Shown here: piece by piece, positions 17,601-21,772 of the stretch | Layout of the letters: the number at the start of each line of letters is the position of its first letter | Position numbering within the stretch: position 1 is the stretch's first letter | DNA from: a virus | Lineage: Duplodnaviria; Heunggongvirae; Uroviricota; Caudoviricetes | IMG/VR virus record: IMGVR_UViG_3300029548_000183 | Direction: 5' to 3' (one strand) | Length of the DNA: 21,772 nt | Made by a program: the position numbers and the translations under genes | Notes under the pieces: generated by a model | Database searches by the model: none | Seen by the model: only the letters and a program-made list of their open reading frames with translations | What the model was told of the DNA's origin: nothing

Positions 17601-19667
17601 GGAAGTTCAAATGAAAAAAAGAAATTAACAGATGATTTTGTTGTTCATAGGGGTGATACTATTACCATTGTTATTGAAAGAAAGAAGTACACGGCAACAT
17701 TCATTCCTGGTGACAGAGCGGTTTACACACAGAGTTGGGTTAATGATAATGAAGATGACTATACCAAGGAATATGACAAACTTGGGACAACATGTGTTCA
17801 AACTGTTAAGGCATATGTGCCGGATGCAAAATCAAGATTTGGTCTTACTGATGAAAAGCCTGATGTAATACATGCAAAAGGATTATCAGAAAAGAAGAGT
17901 AAATGTGTATGGTATGATGTATCAGATGTATCAACAGTAGATGATTCAACAATAGCATTAAGCAAATCAGAAAACTCAACATACAAAGAAACCGATTCTG
18001 ATTCACTTGATGTAACAATGAATAACTCAAGTGTTAAATATTTGTACAGCCATAAACCAACATTTGCAAGTATAGAATTTCAGCATTATTTAATGAATGG
18101 AAATCATAATTATGACAGTCTTCCATCAAAGACTGTAAAAATGACAAATATGTCAATGGATGATGCTCACTTTAATGTTAAGGATAATGTATGGACAGAC
18201 TATATTGACAATGATGGATATGAACTTGATAAAGTTGAAATTGGAAACAAGACATATGATCCTGATGATATAAATCAATCCATTGATGTTGAAAACACTG
18301 ATACTGTTTATGTTAAGTATTATTACAAAATGAAAAAGATTAAGGTTAAGTTTTACATTGATGATAACTTTGAATCACTTACAATGAACACAGGTGAAAA
18401 AGATGAAAAGAAGTATGACTTCAACAGTGAAACTAATGCAACAAGGAACATTGAAACTCCAGTTCACGAAATGGAAATTTATGATGGAGATACAATAAAA
18501 TTCACACCAAAGATTAACAGTTCTTTTAATAAAAAAGGGTATACTCTGGGAACAGGATTTTACTTTGCTTCATATCCAAATGAGAATGATGGAAACGGAT
18601 GGCAACTTGAAACTGATGGAACAAATGAAAGCATTAAACTTGACATGAGTAAGGATAATCCAATAACACAGGCCATTGCTAAGTATGGATATTTACCTGT
18701 ATGGATATTTACAGACAATAAGCCAATACTTTACACAGTCAAGTATAATGTCAACTGTCCTGCAGGTGAAAGTGCCTATACTGGCCATATGGATGATTCC
18801 ATTATGGAATATGACAGAGAACAGGATCTTACTGAGAATGATTATGCACTAAAGGGCTACAAGTTTAAGGGATGGGCAACAGAATCCACAAAGGACAAAA
18901 ATGAAGTTGTTTATAAGGACAATGAAACGGTTCTTAATCTTACTGACAAGGCAGGAGACGTAATTAATCTTTATGCTGTATGGCAAAAAGTGACAAAGAT
19001 AAAGGCAAACATGATGATTGAGAATAAGTTTTTTCCTGTGGGATATGACCTTAATTTTGACAAACTGTTTAAGAATGCAATAATCACTGATGGAAAAGGA
19101 AACATGATAGATCTTCGTTCAGCAGGACTTGAAATTATTGAAGTTTCAAAAGTGATTGGAAACTGGCAGGATGACTCAAGAGTTCCAATATATCCGGCTG
19201 ATAATGCATATGACGTGGCTGATGATGCAATTGAAGAAAAGGACATTCCAAAGTACATTTCAACTGAAAAGGAAGGAAAATATCTTGTAACCGTAAGGGC
19301 TCATGATTTTGATGAGGATGGACAGCCTGATCAGGAAATGAGAGCAACATTCAGGGTAACAATTTGGGCAATGCACAGAACTGAAAGATATGTCAGAGCA
19401 ATTGACAAGTATGCACTTGATACAATTCCTGCTGATTCAAAATGGGCGGCAGGAGAACTTGGTGCAGAACTGATAGCATCAATGAATAAATCTGGCTATT
19501 CTCAGGCAAAGTATGTTTACAGAATAATGTACACAGATGTTGATAAGATAAGAGAAAAACTTAAGGATAACAAATACTACTATAAGAACATAAGAGGATG
19601 GTTCAAGGAGAACATAAAACCTGTGATTGCTCCTGACTATTTCTATGAACAGAGAAGTCAATATTAA
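11610..19667 (+). CDS. Giant secreted adhesin-like protein (2685 aa): right-handed beta-helix with Pmp-like GGA(I/V) repeats plus InlB B-repeat (Flg_new) domains
   Basis: RBS GAAGGAG and a Sec signal ending VSA. Many N.A..GGAI/GGG(V/I)Y repeats in the first ~1200 aa. B-repeat signatures SWNENSDGNG...DVYAIW and YTVKYNVN...GYKFKGWAT...NLYAVW. Confidence 0.85.
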   Translation: MNTKKLLRNLSIIMFLLFVGVFAQATQVSAKNVKNYSELCAAAKDKDVTTITVTQKIYLTGSVEFTGTKTLKPSSGSKNIVVSSSGDAKNWIHVNGNLILSGNLTIQGRTSNSKSLIWVDNGTLTMGDGVTLKGNTNTNKETAGAVWLDGKSTFNMKGGTITGCKNIHVGGVNVSSRSTFNMSGGTITNCIASDTDNNKANGGGVNNHGTFNFTGGTITKNTSYGEGGGVYNTGTFNMSGSAELSSNHSTQEGGGLFSKNPDGGQANATITDGLIKGNWTNNGSGGGVGSYYGANLTIGSSSNTSRGGYPWFDQNTAKGSGGAVRGNGGAKGKSCGNTYIYKGTFTDNTATDNGGAISIFGKGSSASKSSNFICRYAVIERNTAGNGGGIDIAESVSVNESVRNCLMINNKASGNGGAINTASGLTVQAPMQFAYDTANNRAEGNYAVGKGGIIYATSGTLTLTGTSDSALYFEFGKSGSSGGGVYATESATVKINDNVNISRCRAGNTGCANRQNWNLGYGSVKDSNGNLLDANGGAMFIGKKLEIKSTNGSVNIYDNCASNGGAIYLTEKADLEIDANTNRNSNVYMNIFDNTAKHNGGAISTRGSISALKYVNLFRNLAQGEDNYAGNGGGIYKSNGTYNNEVTGIQDIKLTYNKAKSLGGAIYNEGNVTSGNTVAINGSSAIYGSALYNVGSFNVSAFNAHDNGGTLTLKRVTETTNGTSNYKEHVEPSYDGSSVFTTDGAVYNTGSLSLSGAGKIQNNVAKSGGSAIFNNGTISNLNGTISGNSGCESVIYNCQYKSIVASVDDTNVLSITDNKGVNIWNYGSISVNGNSSDKTNFTVKNGTLYGEILNGVSSNSIVASFYVTGATIDIGSDTSSSKLYAINNARGRVTFKNCKGKITSNNGITVNNQSPSTFVYSGGGETVFTSSATNGTIVQNDGGASVGAGAYIFPMEKSEITTKYGIYNNTDATLTVAATIVGKQANYAGTMETGIYNQGELKQFAGTITSETKYGIDNKNLIEFCEGQINNCDTGLMNEYQGVSENKVTVIKKIITDFEKNKRALLSYGNVNSLGGNYKNNGADDVDGSAIYTFGNNAKVYIGDADTTTRYKNPIIAGNIAKDGTVYVGTGSKVTCDGQFNNSLANTAQRGGFAYIGMYGTLLHKKGKLPYGSAEKGSGVYIYSNGSIPKGSYQIMGDASLADGTDVYEDPYTYVEIVGELTGNDIFTITPSEDSTNNGRVIADVTYDGKNNNDITAKDSLYISGTMDDENNGLTVKKRFVSTGKYDVRCTDKLQNEGKINLFTGKDRVDSNKNTSGYETNYTELKATNDSTNDAIILSEKYEVRYHTNLEKGVEVLNMPGTSELTDVEGSDCKVTGYGSNHTVSSLAKMEFTSSDGTTSAYTAYIADKPTFDGYDETYFKLVESTVRKTTSVTTNVSNPSDLADMPFNEETSNEYYTIKDGKIYINKTGIFSMNLSISGMATNLYLYDNGEKITWNKGTNITSNSGKFTSNPKCEYYLQKGDVISIKNYKYSGMQVTSGTISFSNMPGLEAQKSFQMKMGDAFFKPSQTTFYPLLDSWSSITYGNINSVDGNIHMSTWENQTISLDKGDIIGLYTTTEKYYASGSIELDFSILEHNTSLATVYTEYKYWYEDYTMSDREPKARKHTFIKDKSWNENSDGNGTVHSLGARYDDNNDLDVYAIWTSVIDSYEVQVYHFVMDTTGSYDKAKVYQLSKNTVNDYGMHTTVKVLENQKLTNMDNDTLNNYIDNQFVDEGYTKYSRYELENTNDDGTPKSDGTTKISIYYSRQAYKMALYGDDGVYNLYARGTSGMVGSATATGTARYDTYYGDESKDGREVLARTVYYATRKGTDIYFRAQLKKNTTLEGFHLCRDEGLNIYGPKMSYTDEGNRTYVMIRSTVYASDIQVVVKTYKDGPVTVRYALENRNNDNYTVIEGKNTTINSSGNKIDVNSLLNNKYIPTDGSLYYGYLLYTNEESGGSSNEKKKLTDDFVVHRGDTITIVIERKKYTATFIPGDRAVYTQSWVNDNEDDYTKEYDKLGTTCVQTVKAYVPDAKSRFGLTDEKPDVIHAKGLSEKKSKCVWYDVSDVSTVDDSTIALSKSENSTYKETDSDSLDVTMNNSSVKYLYSHKPTFASIEFQHYLMNGNHNYDSLPSKTVKMTNMSMDDAHFNVKDNVWTDYIDNDGYELDKVEIGNKTYDPDDINQSIDVENTDTVYVKYYYKMKKIKVKFYIDDNFESLTMNTGEKDEKKYDFNSETNATRNIETPVHEMEIYDGDTIKFTPKINSSFNKKGYTLGTGFYFASYPNENDGNGWQLETDGTNESIKLDMSKDNPITQAIAKYGYLPVWIFTDNKPILYTVKYNVNCPAGESAYTGHMDDSIMEYDREQDLTENDYALKGYKFKGWATESTKDKNEVVYKDNETVLNLTDKAGDVINLYAVWQKVTKIKANMMIENKFFPVGYDLNFDKLFKNAIITDGKGNMIDLRSAGLEIIEVSKVIGNWQDDSRVPIYPADNAYDVADDAIEEKDIPKYISTEKEGKYLVTVRAHDFDEDGQPDQEMRATFRVTIWAMHRTERYVRAIDKYALDTIPADSKWAAGELGAELIASMNKSGYSQAKYVYRIMYTDVDKIREKLKDNKYYYKNIRGWFKENIKPVIAPDYFYEQRSQY

Positions 19668-19692
19668 AAATATATTAGAAATAACTAACAAA

Positions 19693-19734
19693 ACAGTACC
19701 TTGGTACTTTGGTACCAAGGTACTAAGGTACTGT
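19693..19734. repeat. Palindromic array of five GTAC cores at exact 8-bp spacing
   Basis: ACAGTACCTTGGTACTTTGGTACCAAGGTACTAAGGTACTGT, with GTAC at 19696, 19704, 19712, 19720 and 19728. Confidence 0.85.
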
Positions 19735-19822
19735 CTTTTCTGACAGAAGAAAAGAGAAGATTTAACAATTTTTCTCATTGTGACAAAAAATAAGGATATT
19801 ATAAAAACATAAACATAACAGT

Positions 19823-19857
19823 AAGAGAGAAGATGTAAGAGTCTTCTCTTTTTTTTT
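19823..19857 (+). terminator. Rho-independent terminator-like hairpin
   Basis: AGAGAAGA/TCTTCTCT stem plus a long T run. Confidence 0.6.
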
Positions 19858-20170
19858 GCAAAAAAAATGAATATTATTCCTTTTTGAAACGTTTTTAGTA
19901 CAAAAACAACCATGTTTCTTAAAACTCATATATGTTTTGATGGTTGTAAGGGTACAACTCTTAACTTTTAAATAAACTAAAAGATTATTAATTTTATCTT
20001 CCACAAGCAAAAAAAAGATGCAAAAAGTATTGCAAAAAAAATAAAAAAAATAAAAGAAAAAATTAAAGAAAAAAAAATAAAAGAAGAATAATGCAAAAAT
20101 ATTCAGAAACACATTAATAAAAAAAAAGAAGAAAAAATTTAATTTAAAATCAGAAAAAAATTCATATTAA

Positions 20171-20302
20171 GATTGGTTTATGATTGATTTAGTTTACTTT
20201 CCTTAAATCAATTATTAAACCAATTAATGCCCCAAATTACCATAAAATGGGGATTATGATTGGTTTAACATTGTCAAATTCAACCGATTAAATTAACCAA
20301 TT
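20171..20302. repeat. Cluster of about seven TAAACCAATY-like 10-mers in both orientations
   Basis: Copies at 20171(-), 20182(-), 20204(+), 20216(+), 20258(-), 20280(+) and 20293(+). Confidence 0.65.
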
Positions 20303-20426
20303 GAATCAGCAAAGTTTCCTTTTTTTAGTATCAATAAATGCTGTAACCAAGAAAAAAATTGTGATTTCTGCTTTAAAACACAGAATGCAAAAATGTTGAT
20401 TTTCTTAAAGATGTTATAATAAAAAC

Positions 20427-20435
20427 AACCATATT
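20427..20435 (+). promoter_or_regulatory. Repeated upstream motif copy 5 (AACCATATT)
   Basis: AACAACCATATTATAAGAG precedes the last gene cluster. Confidence 0.45.
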
Positions 20436-20446
20436 ATAAGAGAAAG

Positions 20447-20524
20447 ATGAGGATTAAAAAGAAATCAGATATTGAAGATTACATAGAGTATTTAAAGAAA
20501 AATGGATTTACAGAAATGGAGTAA
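20447..20524 (+). pseudogene. 25-aa ORF, probably the C-terminal remnant of a small phage-like gene
   Basis: Translates as MRIKKKSDIEDYIEYLKKNGFTEME. Protein-like, weak RBS, and its end supplies the RBS for the next gene. Confidence 0.4.
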
Positions 20525-20529
20525 TTTAT

Positions 20530-20898
20530 ATGTTAAAAGCAATAAATATTAAATGGGACACAGATGGAGATATGGAAGTGTTAAACGAACTTCCAACTGA
20601 AATAATTATACCTGATAATTTAGAAGCAATGTATAAAATAAATAGAGAACATGCTCTTGAAAAAATTTCTGATTTATTATCAGAACAAACCGGTTTTTGT
20701 CATTATGGATTTAAAATTAAATGTAATGAAATTACAAAAGAATCTGTTAGGGATGACTTAATGATTTTCTTTAATAACAAAATGATATCCGGTAATGCGC
20801 CAGATATTGGAGCTGTATTCAGTGTAAAAGATAATGGAATTGATCTTTCTTGTATTGGTGGAAAACACATCAAAGTTACCATTGATGTAGTAGATTAG
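20530..20898 (+). CDS. Hypothetical protein (122 aa), phage-like 'NIKWDTD...LPTE...ISD.LS..TGFCH.GF' type
   Basis: RBS GGAG and an intact ORF. Confidence 0.8.
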   Translation: MLKAINIKWDTDGDMEVLNELPTEIIIPDNLEAMYKINREHALEKISDLLSEQTGFCHYGFKIKCNEITKESVRDDLMIFFNNKMISGNAPDIGAVFSVKDNGIDLSCIGGKHIKVTIDVVD

Positions 20899-20909
20899 GA
20901 GAAAAAATT

Positions 20910-20955
20910 GTCAATAACCCACGACTAAAGTCACGAGTCTCCGCGGCCGATTTTG
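20910..20955 (+). mobile_element. IS200/IS605-superfamily (IscB-type) element scar, apparently fused left and right ends
   Basis: GC-rich island GTCAATAACCCACGACTAAAGTCACGAGTCTCCGCGGCCGATTTTG with a GACT-AA-AGTC hairpin core. It starts with the GTCAA..ACCC pattern I recognise from IscB element ends and is followed by ATGA. Confidence 0.6.
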
Positions 20956-21004
20956 ATGAGACAATAGATGAAAAAATAAGAATTGTAAAAAAGGAGATAA
21001 AAAA

Positions 21005-21193
21005 ATGAAGTATAAGGTAGAAGTAAGTGCATGTGTAGAAGTGTTCAGAACAAGAAATATGACTATTTATGCAAATAGTGAAAAATAAGCTATCGAAAAA
21101 ACTATTGCGAAATTTGATGAGGAGCAATATAAGTCACCAAAAGTCTCTTGTGTTGATTTGGTAGGAATTGATAGCATTATTGAATGTGATTAA
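21005..21193 (+). pseudogene. Small hypothetical gene (DpnD/PcfM-like pattern) with a premature stop
   Basis: RBS AAGGAG. Reads MKYKVEVSACVEVFRTRNMTIYANSEK*AIEKTIAKF...IIECD*, with a single in-frame TAA at 21086-21088 where GAA (SEKEAIEK) is expected. Confidence 0.65.
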
Positions 21194-21327
21194 GAAAAGA
21201 GGGATGAGATTTTGTTTCAAACGGTGTAACAGTGTAGCTTAAATAGTTATCTACCATGTGAGCCTAATAGCAGCATCTCAAGGGTAGAACAGCCGTTAAT
21301 AAAATAATAAGATAGGAGAATAAGATT

Positions 21328-21420
21328 ATGGCAAGACAAAAAGGATTTGGTGTAAGTCCTATTACAAACAACGTTTTCAAACAGAACGGAAGTAATTTTA
21401 AGGAAGATATTTACTTATAA
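21328..21420 (+). pseudogene. 30-aa ORF, probably an internally deleted small phage-like gene
   Basis: Good RBS AGGAG. Translates as MARQKGFGVSPITNNVFKQNGSNFKEDIYL. Confidence 0.45.
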
Positions 21421-21458
21421 ACCTATTTCAGATTGCTAGAAGAAAGGATGTAAGATAT

Positions 21459-21772
21459 ATGATTTGGATTGCAGTGGAGATATTATCATTTATTTTAATA
21501 GAATTTATAAAGAATCATTATATTCAAGTTGGACTAGCAGTAATAGGAATAATAAGTTTCTTCTTTTTAATTTTTTCAATAACAATTGGACAGTCATTAA
21601 ACACTGTTGATTATAGTACATACACAGTTAAACAGCTAGATGAAATTAAAACAAATACAACTGAAATATCGAACATAGATAGTATACAGGTTGAATATTG
21701 TAAGGAAAGCAGGGTTGAAATATCGTACCTAAAAGGAATAGTGAAAAAGACACTTTTAACTGACAAAAACTG
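21459..21772 (+). CDS. Hypothetical membrane protein, runs off the window end
   Basis: RBS GAAAGGA and ATG 21459. Reads MIWIAVEILSFILIEFIKNHYIQVGLAVIGIISFFFLIFSITIG... with no stop before the window end. Two hydrophobic segments. Confidence 0.7.
   Translation, partial: MIWIAVEILSFILIEFIKNHYIQVGLAVIGIISFFFLIFSITIGQSLNTVDYSTYTVKQLDEIKTNTTEISNIDSIQVEYCKESRVEISYLKGIVKKTLLTDKN

Noticed and set aside
441..19350. Minus-strand and alternate-frame ORFs overlapping the long genes (e.g. 1167-1454, 12482-12886, 18971-19258)
   Set aside because: These are shadow ORFs of well-supported + strand genes, with no RBS or recognisable motifs.
19479..20112. Minus-strand ORFs 19479-19913 and 19762-20112
   Set aside because: The Phe-rich or low-complexity translations arise from A/T tracts and terminators.
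19693..20302. CRISPR array
   Set aside because: The repeats are 8-10 bp without unique spacers, and no cas genes are present.
21086..21088. Stop-codon reassignment (alternative genetic code)
   Set aside because: It is a single TAA, and TAA terminates most genes here, so a nonsense mutation is the simpler explanation.
21236..21275. Pistol ribozyme or purine riboswitch (TAAATAG and TCTACC words)
   Set aside because: The required pseudoknot complement and the other conserved segments are missing.

Overview
AT-rich, Firmicutes-like (probably Lachnospiraceae/Eubacterium-type) DNA in which every credible gene lies on the + strand. It looks like part of a large accessory element (prophage, ICE or megaplasmid), but no phage structural, conjugation or replication gene is present to prove this. 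(1) 1-120: GC-richer tail of a probable serine-recombinase element. (2) 511-5712: a complete deamidating NAD+ salvage operon: pncA fused in frame to a radical SAM domain, a DUF5662/HD-like protein, pncB, nadD, nadE and nrtR. It has a sigma-A promoter overlapped by palindromic operator candidates. (3) 5860-9015: small phage-like hypothetical genes plus decayed AbrB and Panacea (DUF4065) remnants. (4) Two large secreted proteins: a 608-aa Big_2 protein and a 2685-aa beta-helix/InlB-B-repeat adhesin-like protein. (5) 19670-20445: a repeat-rich non-coding region resembling an origin or partition locus. (6) More small or decayed ORFs and a 46-bp IS200/IS605 (IscB-type) end scar. An AACCATATT motif recurs at the start of five transcription units. 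The leading candidate for a new system is an ADP-ribose-responsive NAD+ rebuilding operon with two uncharacterised enzymes embedded in it. All family calls come from motif recognition by eye; no database search was run.
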